This document shows positions 49,779-63,892 of a stretch of DNA of 64,000 bases, piece by piece (within the stretch, counting starts at the first letter, position 1; the number at the start of each line of letters is the position of its first letter). A program made the translations under genes and the position numbers. The notes under the pieces were generated by a model. That model did not search any database, was not told where the DNA came from, and was given only the letters and a program-made list of their open reading frames with translations. Source of the DNA: Octopus sinensis (taxonomy: Eukaryota); the NCBI RefSeq assembly GCF_006345805.1, contig NC_043000.1:131750001-131814000 (forward strand), read 5' to 3'.

Positions 49779-51615
49779 TAGATGTCACTGAAATTAAGGA
49801 AATATACCTCTTTACATACCCATGTGCAATTTTTTATCTTCTCATTGCGCAATTGGAAAATCTCACCAATTTGTCTGAAAAAAACGCCAATTTTTTTATG
49901 TTTTTTCATAGTATATTGTCTTTCATTCCTATATTTTTGCAATTAATTTAATATTTATTAAGTTGAACAACATACTTGTATTTGGTGCTTATTTTTACTA
50001 TTCCATGTGAAATTTGAGTCCACTCTCTTCAATAATAATGATATTATGAGCAACAAAAGCACTAAAACATAACATAACCCCCAAAAGTCAAGCAATTTCA
50101 CTCACCACCAGTGCAAGTTTTACCACAGCCAATAATACACTTTACAGAATGAGCAAATGTGCGGGAGAAAAACAGTCATCATTATTCATTAATAATCCTC
50201 ATCCTCATCTTCATCACTGGATTCTGTTTGATCAATATTTGCGGTATTTGTGCATGACTTGACAGGCATCAGTGCATGACAATCCATTCATAAGGCATGA
50301 GCACCGACTACCGTTACACTGGCTAATACTGCATTTACAAGATATCAATAACAGGAGTGCTTTTGGTGCTGGTGGTTTGTCTATCCAGTGGATAGCCAAT
50401 GTGTCATCTTTGAAGTCCCAGCCATGGCCATCTGGACTTGGTGTGGTAGCAGATGCATCCAGTACTGATCGCCAGATGCATGCTTGGTAATTTGCCCACT
50501 TCACATGGTACTTGAGTGCATCTTGAGTCGGTGGAAGTTGACAGGTTTGGGCATTCTTGGTGCAGAATAGTTTATAGCAGACAAGGTCGGTATCATTGCC
50601 ACTGTACCCGTAGAGAGAACAAACAAACTGTCCACATGCTTGCAGCCTTTCATCATCTATATGAAACAATGAGCCATTCTCATCATATTGCACATGTCTA
50701 TGTCAGACACCACCATCTTGAATGCCTGCTTCTATCCCATACCAACAAATGCACCCATGTTGTCAGATCCTGTGAATGTGTGCATTCCTGGCAGTGCTTC
50801 ACAACTTCTTTTCCTAGTTTCAGGTCAATAGCTGTGGCATCAAGGTCAAGGTACATTTGTCTCTGTGTGGTGCCAGCGCAGAATAGTAGTCTTGCATTGA
50901 TTTGATGGCTATAAGCACAGGCTAACACAACAACCAATTTGTTCAGGTGACTTAATTATGAATGCAGCATGACCCTCTAATGCTGTATAGTCTGCATGTA
51001 GCAGAATGCGGCGGTGTCAGTTTCTTCCTTGATGTGCACAGTTGATCTGCCTCTGCTGCATTTTACACAAACCATAACTCTCAACAAGCATGTGGCACAC
51101 CATCCCCATGGGTGATGTACAGTGGTCCAAACCCTTTAAACCTGGAGAGCATATTCTGACTGCTGCTGTAACTCTTCCACCAGAAAACTTTGCAAGATCG
51201 GTCTCGTTCCCACCATCACTAAGGAACTTCTTCCACTGTGAACGACACTTCTGATGACTGCCAAAGAACTTTATTTTCAAGACGCCTGATGTACCATGCT
51301 TTGCTTTGCTCTGGGTTCTTGATAGACAGCTTAGGAATACTGGTCCATAACTAGGGATGTTCTGGCAGGGTTGTTGCTGATAGACAGCTTAGGATACTGG
51401 TCCATAACTAGGGATGTTCTGGCAGGGTTGTTGCTTGTTGACTTCAGTACTTGAAGAACATAAGCAGCAAGATCTCTGAATGTCTTGGGGACTGTCTTTA
51501 TGGATTACAGCAAGGCCATTCCATCAAAGAGCCATACTGCTGTTGTAGGGATGTATTTGCTGGTTTAGCTAGCTCTTCTAATGAATATAAAAGGGATGCC
51601 TTGGTAGTCTTTGCA
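49779..51615 (-). mobile_element. AcademX-like fragment, unit 3 (noisy, local duplications)
   Basis: Same fragment with many 1-bp indels; part of it is repeated at ~51849-51985. Confidence 0.65.
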
Positions 51616-51761
51616 GGTGCTAGGTAAATGAAGACTTAAATGACAGTAAGAATGAGAAGGTAAATAGGAAAATTTCATAAGCCGTAATAAAAACGAAGTT
51701 AAATTAGGCAGAGCTTCGGTAGTAGTAAAAAAAAAAAAAAGAAAAAAACAAACAAAAGGGA

Positions 51762-51848
51762 TGCTTACAGCACCTAGGGTTCCCAAGCGGTCACCCATCT
51801 AAGTACTAACTAGGCTCGATGTTGCTTAACTTCGGTGATCAGACGAGA
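51762..51848 (-). pseudogene. 5S_rRNA: Partial 5S type B (nt ~33-119) inside a local duplication
   Basis: Breaks at agacgaga and jumps back into Academ-like sequence; possibly an assembly artefact. Confidence 0.7.
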
Positions 51849-52140
51849 CTCTGAATGTCTTGGGGACTGTCTTATAATGGATTACAGCAAGGCCATTCCA
51901 TCAAAGAGCCATACTGCTGTTGTGGGATGTATTTGCTGGTTTAGCTAGCTCTTCTAATGAATATAAAAGGGATGCCTTGGTAGTCCTTTTTGCAGGTGCT
52001 AGGTAATGAAGACTTAAATGACAGTAAGAATGAGAAGGTAAATAGGAAAATTTTCATACGCCGTAATAAAACGAAGGTAAATTAGGCATAGCTTCGTAGT
52101 AGTAAAAAAAAAAAAAAAGAAAAAAAAACAAACAAAAGGA

Positions 52141-52258
52141 TGCTTACAGCACCTAGGGTTCCCAGCGGTCACCCATCTAAGTACTAACTAGGCTCGATGT
52201 TGCTTAACTTCGGTGATCAGACGAGAACCGGTGCTTTCAACGTGATATGGCCGTAAGC
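52141..52258 (-). rRNA. 5S_rRNA: 5S rRNA type B (1-nt deletion, likely sequencing error)
   Basis: 118 nt, in the noisy unit. Confidence 0.85.
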
Positions 52259-52944
52259 AGCAGAATAGTAAATTTTAAGATATTTATTCTATAAACAGAT
52301 ACTAAAACTCTTTTTCGTGATAAATTCATTTCTTAAAAATCTATATACAACTTTAGACGTTCTTTTCGTTAAAATCTATGACGTCGTGAGTGGGCTTGTG
52401 ACATTGTGTTTCATCTGCTTCACAGTGCAATAGTTAAACACTCGCACCAACACTTAATCGTTATTGACGTTGTATACCAGTTGAACTTCATTTTCATTAC
52501 GACTTATGAACTTTTCCTATTTTCCTTCCCACCACCAAGTCACACTACTACGTTTCTTACACGTTCATCTTTACTACAAAACATTTCACATTTCGTGCGC
52601 CAGCGCTTTACAGGGAATGTTGTTTATATGCCGGTGTGATGATGTGTTACGATCACTATATCAATAGGGTCGGATATAAAATAGCACCATTTATTTGCCG
52701 ACTATACCCAGCATTCTGATATTCAGTAGTTGATAGCAGAAATAGAAGCGGGTACTTGTTCACTATTTTGTGCACGAAATGTGAAATGTTTTCTGATAAA
52801 GATCGACGTGTAAAAAACTTAGAATCCTGACTTATTAGTGTTGTATGGGTGCTAGGTAAATAAAACTGACAAGCAATCGGTTTTTGCTCTTCATTTATTG
52901 CTTTCACTTGTATGTATGTATATCTGTACGTGGGAGTGGTGTGT

Positions 52945-52979
<35 letters not shown>

Positions 52980-53548
52980 CACTGTTGAAGTTGCTCGTGC
53001 ATATGAAAAACAATTAAAGTGTGTGCGCGACCCGCGTGTTTCACTTCTTAGTCTCAAGTAAATAAACATTAAAGAAATAAAGGATCTTTTCCTTTTCAAC
53101 GGCAGGTCAAGAAATTAATTTTTAGGAAAAAGATCCGAAATGTTTTATATGACACACATGAGAGTGTCCGAAGTTTGAAAGTGTTTGGTTAGAAAAAATT
53201 AAACTCTCGATCTGGCTTTGAAAGGGAAGAGATCGGAAATAGAAATTGTATAGGGAACTTGCCGAACAAATACTTGCAATTAATTGCCTAAAGACCGTAA
53301 AAATGATGATAAAAATGGAGTTAATTGCCAATGCCTGGGCATTAGTTTTAAGATATCAATGAAGAGCAATTGCTGGTGCGAATGTCGAGCGCTGCGAAGG
53401 TGTTGGAAATATGTCACATATTCATTGCAGATATCATAGACTTTTAAGGAAAGATCGTCTTAAAACTAAGGAAAAACTTTGTGTAGTGAAAAATAAAATT
53501 GTGATTGTATCAATTTATAGAATAAATATATTAAACTTTACTACTGCT

Positions 53549-53667
53549 GCTTACGGCCATATCACGTTGAAAACACCGGTTCTCGTCCGATCACCGAAGT
53601 TAAGCAACATCGAGCCTAGTTAGTACTTAGATGGGTGACCGCTTGGGAACCCTAGGTGCTGTAAGCA
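53549..53667 (+). rRNA. 5S_rRNA: 5S rRNA type A (A1)
   Basis: Intact 119 nt. Confidence 0.95.
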
Positions 53668-54369
53668 TTTTTTTTTTTTCTTTCTTTAGATTTACTTTTA
53701 TTCTAACAGTATGATAGTTATGGATAGTGGATTCAATTTGTTTTCATTATTGAATACAGAATTCCACTCGTATATTACCAAATCAAGCGCGTGGGAACAT
53801 CTTGTATGGCTGTTCTTTATTTATGAACCTTGTTGACAGTGATAGTTGTCCACTTAGGTTTATTAATTTTTCCTATGAAGATGTTCAAAATAAGATCATT
53901 CTTTTTAAAATTTAGTTTTTTTTTTATATTCGTTTACTACTACACATATTACACTTTTTTCTTCATCTTTGTGACCGAGTCCTAAACTAGAGATAACACA
54001 CGCGAAACGTGAAATGTTTCTGCTAATGATCAACGTGTAAGGAACGTAGTAGCCTGACTTGCTGCTGTATACGTGTTCTAGGTAAATAAAAACTCAAATG
54101 ACCCTAACAATGACTACGAAAGGTCCATAAGTCGTGATGTAATTGAAATTAAATTGAGCAATATTTCGGTATTTCTATATGACGGCAATGATGAGAAAAT
54201 TTGGTGCGAGTGTGTGTTTAACCTACAGCTGTGTGAAGATGAGCCATAAAGTCACAGACTCCCTCATCATATCATAAATTGTTTTAAATTTTAAAGAGAA
54301 TGATCTTATTCTAAAGAAGAAGTTTTGTATGAGTTTATAGAATAATATAGTAAAATTTACCACTTTGTT

Positions 54370-54490
54370 GCTTACGGGCCATATCACGTTGAAAACACAC
54401 GGTTCTCGTCCGATCACCGAAGTTAAGCAACATCGAGCCTAGTTAGTACTTAGATGGGTGACCGCTTGGGAACCCTAGGTGCTGTAAGCA
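54370..54490 (+). rRNA. 5S_rRNA: 5S rRNA type A (A2; two 1-nt insertions, likely errors)
   Basis: 121 nt, in the noisy unit. Confidence 0.85.
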
Positions 54491-55150
54491 TTTTTTTTTT
54501 TTTTTTGTTTTTCTTTAGATTTCCTTTTATTCTAACAGTATGATAGTTATGGATAGTGCATTCAATTTGTTTTCATTATTGAATACAGAATTCTACTCAT
54601 ATTTACCAAATCAAGCGCGTGGGAACATTTTGTATGGCTGTTCTTTATTCATCAACCTTGTTGACAGTGATTATTAAGGGTTTTTCCGTGAAGATGTTGA
54701 AAGTAGCTTTCATCTTACGATTGTTGCACGGCTATGAACCAGAGGGACAGGAAGAAATACTGCAAAACGTTGCCTGCGACACTTCGCTGATTCTTAACTT
54801 TTGGAAGGAGATAACTGTCGCGTTAACTTAAAATGTGTTCAGTCATATTCCTTCGACCAATAAAGTCTAACGCATAACTTTAAAAGACAAAAAACTCATA
54901 TAGTCGGTGGGCCGAATCCAAAAGAGCCTTGTATATTGAGTTGTTTGCACCCTCCTCTGCAACTTTAGTTTGATGGTACCACATTGTTCATGGGTCTATG
55001 CGAATGGCACTTTCACTGGTTGTCTTTCGCACAGCATGTCAGGTAGTTAGGACAATAGCTTTTTATAAGTAAAGGTGAGTCTCGAGGCTATAAAAAGTGG
55101 AAATATGTGATACACAGGTAACCATTGGAAATAATTGTCAATTAACGCCC

Positions 55151-56912
55151 TAGATGTCACTGAAATTAAGGAAATATACCTCTTTACATACCCATGTGCA
55201 ATTTTTTATCTTCTCATTGCGCAATTGGAAAATCTCACCAATTTGTCTGAAAAAAACGCCAATTTTTTTATGTTTTTTCATAGTATATTGTCTTTCATTC
55301 CTATATTTTTGCAATTAATTTAATATTTATTAAGTTGAACAACATACTTGTATTTGGTGCTTATTTTTACTATTCCATGTGAAATTTGAGTCCACTCTCT
55401 TCAATAATAATGATATTATGAGCAACAAAAGCACTAAACAAAAACATAACCCCCAAAAGTCAAGCAATTTCACTCACCACCAGTGCAAGTTTTACCACAG
55501 CCAATAATACACTTTACAGAATGAGCAAATGTGCGGGAGAAAAACAGTCATCATTATTCATTAATAATCCTCATCCTCATCTTCATCACTGGATTCTGTT
55601 TGATCAATATTTGTGGTATTTGTGCATGACTTGACAGGCATCAGTGCATGACAATCCATTCATAAGGCATGAGCACCGACTACCGTTACACTGGCTAATA
55701 CTGCATTTACAAGATATCAATAACAGGAGTGCTTTTGGTGCTGGTGGTTTGTCTATCCAGTGGATAGCCAATGTGTCATCTTTGAAGTCCCAGCCATGGC
55801 CATCTGGACTTGGTGTGGTAGCAGATGCATCCAGTACTGATCGCCAGATGCATGCTTGGTAATTTGCCCACTTCACATGGTACTTGAGTGCATCTTGAGT
55901 CGGTGGAAGTTGACAGGTTTGGGCATTCTTGGTGCAGAATAGTTTATAGCAGACAAGGTCGGTATCATTGCCACTGTACCCGTAGAGAGAAACAAACTGT
56001 CCACATGCTTGCAGCCTTTCATCATCTATATGAAACAATGAGCCATTCTCATCATATTGCACATGTCTATGTCAGACACCACCATCTTGAATGCCTGCTT
56101 CTATCCCATACCAACAAATGCACCCATGTTGTCAGATCCTGTGAATGTGTGCATTCCTGGCAGTGCTTCACACACTTCTTTTCCTAGTTTCAGGTCAATA
56201 GCTGTGGCATCAAGGTACCTTTGTCTCTGTGTGGTGCCAGCGCAGAATAGTAGTCTTGCATTGATTTGATGGCTATAAGCACAGGCTAACACAACAACAT
56301 TTGTATCAGGTGACTTAATTATGATGCATGCATGACCCTCTAATGCTGTATAGTCTGCATGTAGCAGAATGCGGGTGTCAGTTTCTTCTTCCTTTGATGT
56401 GCACAGTTGATCTGCTCTGCTGCATTTTACACAACCATAACTCTCAACAAGCATGTGGCACCCATCCCCATGGGTGATGTACAGTGGTCCAAACCCTTTA
56501 ACCTGGAAGCATATTCTGGCTGCTGTAACTCTTCCACCAGAAACTTTGCAAGATCGGTCTCGTTCCCACCATCACTAAGGAACTTCTTCCACTGTGACGG
56601 ACACTTTTGATGACTGCCAAAGAACTTTATTTTCAAGACGCCTGATGTACCATGCTTTGCTTGCTCTGGGTTCTTGATAGACAGCTTAGGATACTGGTCC
56701 ATAACTAGGGATGTTCTGGCAGGGTTGTTGCTTGTTGACTTCAGTACTTGAAGAACATAAGCAGCAAGATCTCTGAATGTCTTGGGGACTGTCTTTATGG
56801 ATTACAGCAAGGCCATTCCATCAAAGAGCCATACTGCTGTTGTAGGGATGTATTTGCTGGTTTAGCTAGCTCTTCTAATGAATATAAAAGGGATGCCTTG
56901 GTAGTCTTTGCA
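55151..56912 (-). mobile_element. AcademX-like fragment, unit 4
   Basis: Near-identical to unit 2. Confidence 0.7.
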
Positions 56913-57059
56913 GGTGCTAGGTAAATGAAGACTTAAATGACAGTAAGAATGAGAAGGTAAATAGGAAAATTTCATAAGCCGTAATAAAAACGAAGTTAAA
57001 TTAGGCAGAGCTTCGGTAGTAGTAAAAAAAAAAAAAAAAAAAAAAACAAACAAAAGGGA

Positions 57060-57178
57060 TGCTTACAGCACCTAGGGTTCCCAAGCGGTCACCCATCTAA
57101 GTACTAACTAGGCTCGATGTTGCTTAACTTCGGTGATCAGACGAGAACCGGTGCTTTCAACGTGATATGGCCGTAAGC
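57060..57178 (-). rRNA. 5S_rRNA: 5S rRNA type B
   Basis: Intact 119 nt. Confidence 0.95.
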
Positions 57179-58293
57179 AGCAGAATAGTAAATTTTAAGA
57201 TATTTATTCTATAAACAGATACTAAAACTCTTTTTCGTGATAAATTCATTTCTTAAAAATCTATATACAACTTTAGACGTTCTTTCGTTAAAAATCTATG
57301 ACGTCGTGAGTGGGCTTGTGACATTGTGTTTCATCTGCTTCACAGTGCTAATAAGTTAAACACTCGCACCAACACTTAATCGTTATTGACGTTGTATACC
57401 AGTTGAACTTCATTTTCATTACGACTTATGAACTTTTCCTATTTTCCTTCCCACCAGCAAGTCACACTACTACGTTTCTTACACGTTTATCTTTACTACA
57501 AAACATTCACATTTTGCGCCAGCGCTTTACAGGGAAGGTTGTTATATGCACGGTGTGATGATAAAGATCGACGTGTAAAAAACTTAGAATCCTGACTTAT
57601 TAGTGTTGTATGGGTGCTAGGTAAATAAAAACTGACAAGCAATCGGTTTTGCTCTTCATTTATTGCTTTCACTTGTATGTATGTATATCTGTACGTGAGT
57701 GAGTGAGTGTGTGTGTGTGTGCCACTGTTGAAGTTGCTCGTGCATATGAAAAACAATTAAAGTGTGTGCGCGACCGCGTGTTTCACTTCTTAGTCTCAAG
57801 TAAATAAACATTAAAGAAATAAAGGATCTTTTCCTTTTCAACGGCAGGTCAAGAAATTAATTTTTAGGAAAAAGATCCGAAATGTTTTATATGACACACA
57901 TGAGAGTGTCCGAAGTTTGAAAGTGTTTGGTTAGAAAAAATTAAACTCTCGATCTGGCTTTGAAAGGGAAGAGATCGGAAATAGAAATTGTATAGGGAAC
58001 TTGCCGAACAAATACTTGCAATTAATTGCCTAAAGACCGTAAAAATGATGATAAAAATGGAGTTAAATTGCCAATGCTTGGGCATTAGTTTTAAGATATC
58101 AATGAAGAGCAATTGCTGGTGCGAATGTCGAGCGCTGCGAAGGTGTTGGAAATATGTCACATATTCATTGCAGATATCATAGACTTTTAAGGAAAGATCG
58201 TCTTAAAACTAAGGAAAAAACTTTTGTAGTGAAAAATAAAATTGTGATTGTATCAATTTATAGAATAAATATATTAAACTTTACTACTCTGTT

Positions 58294-58412
58294 GCTTACG
58301 GCCATATCACGTTGAAAACACCGGTTCTCGTCCGATCACCGAAGTTAAGCAACATCGAGCCTAGTTAGTACTTAGATGGGTGACCGCTTGGGAACCCTAG
58401 GTGCTGTAAGCA
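58294..58412 (+). rRNA. 5S_rRNA: 5S rRNA type A (A1)
   Basis: Intact 119 nt. Confidence 0.97.
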
Positions 58413-59122
58413 TTTTTTTTTTTTTTTTTTTCTTTAGATTTACTTTTATTCTAACAGTATGATAGTTATGGATAGTGGATTCAATTTGTTTTCATTATTG
58501 AATACAGAATTCCACTCGTATATTTACCAAATCAAGCGCGTGGGAACATCTTGTATGGCTGTTCTTTATTTATGAACCTTGTTGACAGTGATAGTTGTCC
58601 ACTTAGGTTTATTAAAGTTTTCCTATGAAGATGTTCAAAATAAGATCATTCTTTTTAAAATTTAGTTTTTTTTTTAATATTCGTTTACTACACATATTAC
58701 ACTTTTTTCTTCATCTTTGTGACCGAGTCCTAAACTAGAGATTAACAACGCGAAACGTGAAATGTTTCTGCTAATGATCAACGTGTAAGGAACGTAGTAG
58801 CCTGACTTGCTGCTGTATAACGTGTTCTAGGTAAATAAAAACTCAAATGACCCTAACAATGACTACGAAAGGTCCATAAGTCGTGATGTAATTGAAATTA
58901 AATTGAGCAATATTTCGGTATTTCTATATGACGGCAATGATGAGAAAATTTGGTGCGAGTGTGTGTTTAACTGTACAGCTGTGTGAAGATGAGCCATAAA
59001 GTCACAGACTCCCTCATCATATCATAAATTGTTTGTAAATTTTAAAGAGAATGATCTTATTCTAAAGAAGAAGTTTTAGTATGAGTTTATAGAATAAATA
59101 TAGTAAAATTTACCACTTTGTT

Positions 59123-59241
59123 GCTTACGGCCATATCACGTTGAAAACACCGGTTCTCGTCCGATCACCGAAGTTAAGCAACATCGAGCCTAGTTAGTAC
59201 TTAGATGGGTGACCGCTTGGGAACCCTAGGTGCTGTAAGCA
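59123..59241 (+). rRNA. 5S_rRNA: 5S rRNA type A (A2)
   Basis: Intact 119 nt. Confidence 0.97.
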
Positions 59242-59906
59242 TTTTTTTTTTTTTTTGTTTTTTCTTTAGATTTACTTTTATTCTAACAGTATGATAGTTA
59301 TGGATAGTGCATTCAATTTGTTTTCATTATTGAATACAGAATTCTACTCGTATATTTACCAAATCAAGCGCGTGGGAACATTTTGTATGGCTGTTCTTTA
59401 TTCATCAACCTTGTTGACAGTGATTATTAAGGGTTTTTCCGTGAAGATGTTGAAAGTAGCTTTCATCTTACGATTGTTGCACGGCTATGAACCAGAGGGA
59501 CAGGAAGAAATACTGCAAAACGTTGCCTGCGACACTTCGCTGATTCTTAACTTTTGGAAGGGAGATAACTGTCGCGTTAACTTAAAATGTGTTCAGTCAT
59601 ATTCCTTCGACCAATAAAGTCTAACGCATAACTTTAAAAGACAAAAAAACTCATATAGTCGGTGGGCCGAATCCAAAAAGAGCCTTGTATATTGAGTTGG
59701 TTGCACCCTCCTCTGCAACTTTAGTTTGATGGTACCACATTGTTCATGGGTCTATGCGAATGGCACTTTCACTGGTTGTCTTTCGCACAGCATGTCAGGT
59801 AGTTAGGACAATAGCTTTTTATAAGTAAAGGTGAGTCTCGAGGCTATAAAAAGTGGAAATATGTGATACACAGGTAACCATTGGAAATAATTGTCAATTA
59901 ACGCCC

Positions 59907-61671
59907 TAGATGTCACTGAAATTAAGGAAATATACCTCTTTACATACCCATGTGCAATTTTTTATCTTCTCATTGCGCAATTGGAAAATCTCACCAATTT
60001 GTCTGAAAAAAACGCCAATTTTTTTATGTTTTTTCATAGTATATTGTCTTTCATTCCTATATTTTTGCAATTAATTTAATATTTATTAAGTTGAACAACA
60101 TACTTGTATTTGGTGCTTATTTTTACTATTCCATGTGAAATTTGAGTCCACTCTCTTCAATAATAATGATATTATGAGCAACAAAAGCACTAAAACATAA
60201 AACATAACCCCCAAAAGTCAAGCAATTTCACTCACCACCAGTGCAAGTTTTACCACAGCCAATAATACACTTTACAGAATGAGCAAATGTGCGGGAGAAA
60301 AACAGTCATCATTATTCATTAATAATCCTCATCCTCATCTTCATCACTGGATTCTGTTTGATCAATATTTGCGGTATTTGTGCATGACTTGACAGGCATC
60401 AGTGCATGACAATCCATTCATAAGGCATGAGCACCGACTACCGTTACACTGGCTAATACTGCATTTACAAGATATCAATAACAGGAGTGCTTTTGGTGCT
60501 GGTGGTTTGTCTATCCAGTGGATAGCCAATGTGTCATCTTTGAAGTCCCAGCCATGGCCATCTGGACTTGGTGTGGTAGCAGATGCATCCAGTACTGATC
60601 GCCAGATGCATGCTTGGTAATTTGCCCACTTCACATGGTACTTGAGTGCATCTTGAGTCGGTGGAAGTTGACAGGTTTGGGCATTCTTGGTGCAGAATAG
60701 TTTATAGCAGACAAGGTCGGTATCATTGCCACTGTACCCGTAGAGAGAACAAACAAACTGTCCACATGCTTGCAGCCTTTCATCATCTATATGAAACAAT
60801 GAGCCATTCTCATCATATTGCACATGTCTATGTCAGACACCACCATCTTGAATGCCTGCTTCTATCCCATACCAACAAATGCACCCATGTTGTCAGATCC
60901 TGTGAATGTGTGCATTCCTGGCAGTGCTTCACACACTTCTTTTCCTAGTTTCAGGTCAATAGCTGTGGCATCAAGGTACCTTTGTCTCTGTGTGGTGCCA
61001 GCGCAGAATAGTAGTCTTGCATTGATTTGATGGCTATAAGCACAGGCTAACACAACAACATTTGTATCAGGTGACTTAATTATGATGCATGCATGACCCT
61101 CTAATGCTGTATAGTCTGCATGTAGCAGAATGCGGGTGTCAGTTTCTTCCTTTGATGTGCACAGTTGATCTGCTCTGCTGCATTTTACACAACCATAACT
61201 CTCAACAAGCATGTGGCACCCATCCCCATGGGTGATGTACAGTGGTCCAAACCCTTTAAACCTGGAAGCATATTCTGGCTGCTGTAACTCTTCCACCAGA
61301 AACTTTGCAAGATCGGTCTCGTTCCCACCATCACTAAGGAACTTCTTCCACTGTGACGGACACTTTTGATGACTGCCAAAGAACTTTATTTTCAAGACGC
61401 CTGATGTACCATGCTTTGCTTGCTCTGGGTTCTTGATAGACAGCTTAGGATACTGGTCCATAACTAGGGATGTTCTGGCAGGGTTGTTGCTTGTTGACTT
61501 CAGTACTTGAAGAACATAAGCAGCAAGATCTCTGAATGTCTTGGGGACTGTCTTTATGGATTACAGCAAGGCCATTCCATCAAAGAGCCATACTGCTGTT
61601 GTAGGGATGTATTTGCTGGTTTAGCTAGCTCTTCTAATGAATATAAAAGGGATGCCTTGGTAGTCTTTGCA
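59907..61671 (-). mobile_element. AcademX-like fragment, unit 5
   Basis: Near-identical to unit 2. Confidence 0.7.
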
Positions 61672-61818
61672 GGTGCTAGGTAAATGAAGACTTAAATGAC
61701 AGTAAGAATGAGAAGGTAAATAGGAAAATTTCATAAGCCGTAATAAAAACGAAGTTAAATTAGGCAGAGCTTCGGTAGTAGTAAAAAAAAAAAAAAGAAA
61801 AAAAACAAACAAAAGGGA

Positions 61819-61937
61819 TGCTTACAGCACCTAGGGTTCCCAAGCGGTCACCCATCTAAGTACTAACTAGGCTCGATGTTGCTTAACTTCGGTGATCAGA
61901 CGAGAACCGGTGCTTTCAACGTGATATGGCCGTAAGC
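61819..61937 (-). rRNA. 5S_rRNA: 5S rRNA type B
   Basis: Intact 119 nt. Confidence 0.95.
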
Positions 61938-63061
61938 AGCAGAATAGTAAATTTTAAGATATTTATTCTATAAACAGATACTAAAACTCTTTTTCGTGAT
62001 AAATTCATTTCTTAAAAATCTATATACAACTTTAGACGTTCTTTCGTTAAAAATCTATGACGTCGTGAGTGGGCTTGTGACATTGTGTTTCATCTGCTTC
62101 ACAGTGCTAATAAGTTAAACACTCGCACCAACACTTAATCGTTATTGACGTTGTATACCAGTTGAACTTCATTTTCATTACGACTTATGAACTTTTCCTA
62201 TTTTCCTTCCCACCAGCAAGTCACACTACTACGTTTCTTACACGTTCATCTTTACTACAAAACATTTCACATTTCCTGCGCCAGCGCTTTACAGGGAATG
62301 TTGTTATATTGTGCCGTGTGGATGATAAAGATCGACGTGTAAAAAACTTAGAATCCTGACTTATTAGTGTTGTATGGGTGCTAGGTAAATAAAAACTGAC
62401 AAGCAATCGGTTTTGCTCTTCATTTATTGCTTTCACTTGTATGTATGTATATCTGTACGTGAGTGAGTGAGTGTGTGTGTGTGTGTGTGCCACTGTTGAA
62501 GTTGCTCGTGCATATGAAAAACAATTAAAGTGTGTGCGCGACCGCGTGTTTCACTTCTTAGTCTCAAGTAAATAAACATTAAAGAAATAAAGGATCTTTT
62601 CCTTTTCAACGGCAGGTCAAGAAATTAATTTTTAGGAAAAAGATCCGAAATGTTTTATATGACACACATGAGAGTGTCCGAAGTTTGAAAGTGTTTGGTT
62701 AGAAAAAATTAAACTCTCGATCTGGCTTTGAAAGGGAAGAGATCGGAAATAGAAATTGTATAGGGAACTTGCCGAACAAATACTTGCAATTAATTGCCTA
62801 AAGACCGTAAAAATGATGATAAAAATGGAGTTAAATTGCCAATGCTTGGGCATTAGTTTTAAGATATCAATGAAGAGCAATTGCTGGTGCGAATGTCGAG
62901 CGCTGCGAAGGTGTTGGAAATATGTCACATATTCATTGCAGATATCATAGACTTTTAAGGAAAGATCGTCTTAAAACTAAGGAAAAAACTTTTGTAGTGA
63001 AAAATAAAATTGTGATTGTATCAATTTATAGAATAAATATATTAAACTTTACTACTCTGTT

Positions 63062-63180
63062 GCTTACGGCCATATCACGTTGAAAACACCGGTTCTCGTC
63101 CGATCACCGAAGTTAAGCAACATCGAGCCTAGTTAGTACTTAGATGGGTGACCGCTTGGGAACCCTAGGTGCTGTAAGCA
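63062..63180 (+). rRNA. 5S_rRNA: 5S rRNA type A (A1)
   Basis: Intact 119 nt. Confidence 0.97.
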
Positions 63181-63892
63181 TTTTTTTTTTTTTTTGTTTT
63201 TTCTTTAGATTTACTTTTATTCTAACAGTATGATAGTTATGGATAGTGGATTCAATTTGTTTTCATTATTGAATACAGAATTCCACTCGTATATTTACCA
63301 AATCAAGCGCGTGGGAACATCTTGTATGGCTGTTCTTTATTTATGAACCTTGTTGACAGTGATAGTTGTCCACTTAGGTTTATTAAAGTTTTCCTATGAA
63401 GATGTTCAAAATAAGATCATTCTTTTTAAAATTTAGTTTTTTTTTAATATTCGTTTACTACACATATTACACTTTTTTCTTCATCTTTGTGACCGAGTCC
63501 TAAACTAGAGATTAACAACGCGAAACGTGAAATGTTTCTGCTAATGATCAACGTGTAAGGAACGTAGTAGCCTGACTTGCTGCTGTATAACGTGTTCTAG
63601 GTAAATAAAAACTCAAATGACCCTAACAATGACTACGAAAGGTCCATAAGTCGTGATGTAATTGAAATTAAATTGAGCAATATTTCGGTATTTCTATATG
63701 ACGGCAATGATGAGAAAATTTGGTGCGAGTGTGTGTTTAACTGTACAGCTGTGTGAAGATGAGCCATAAAGTCACAGACTCCCTCATCATATCATAAATT
63801 GTTTGTAAATTTAAAGAGAATGATCTTATTCTAAAAGAAGAAGTTTTAGTATGAGTTTATAGAATAAATATAGTAAAATTTACCACTTTGTT

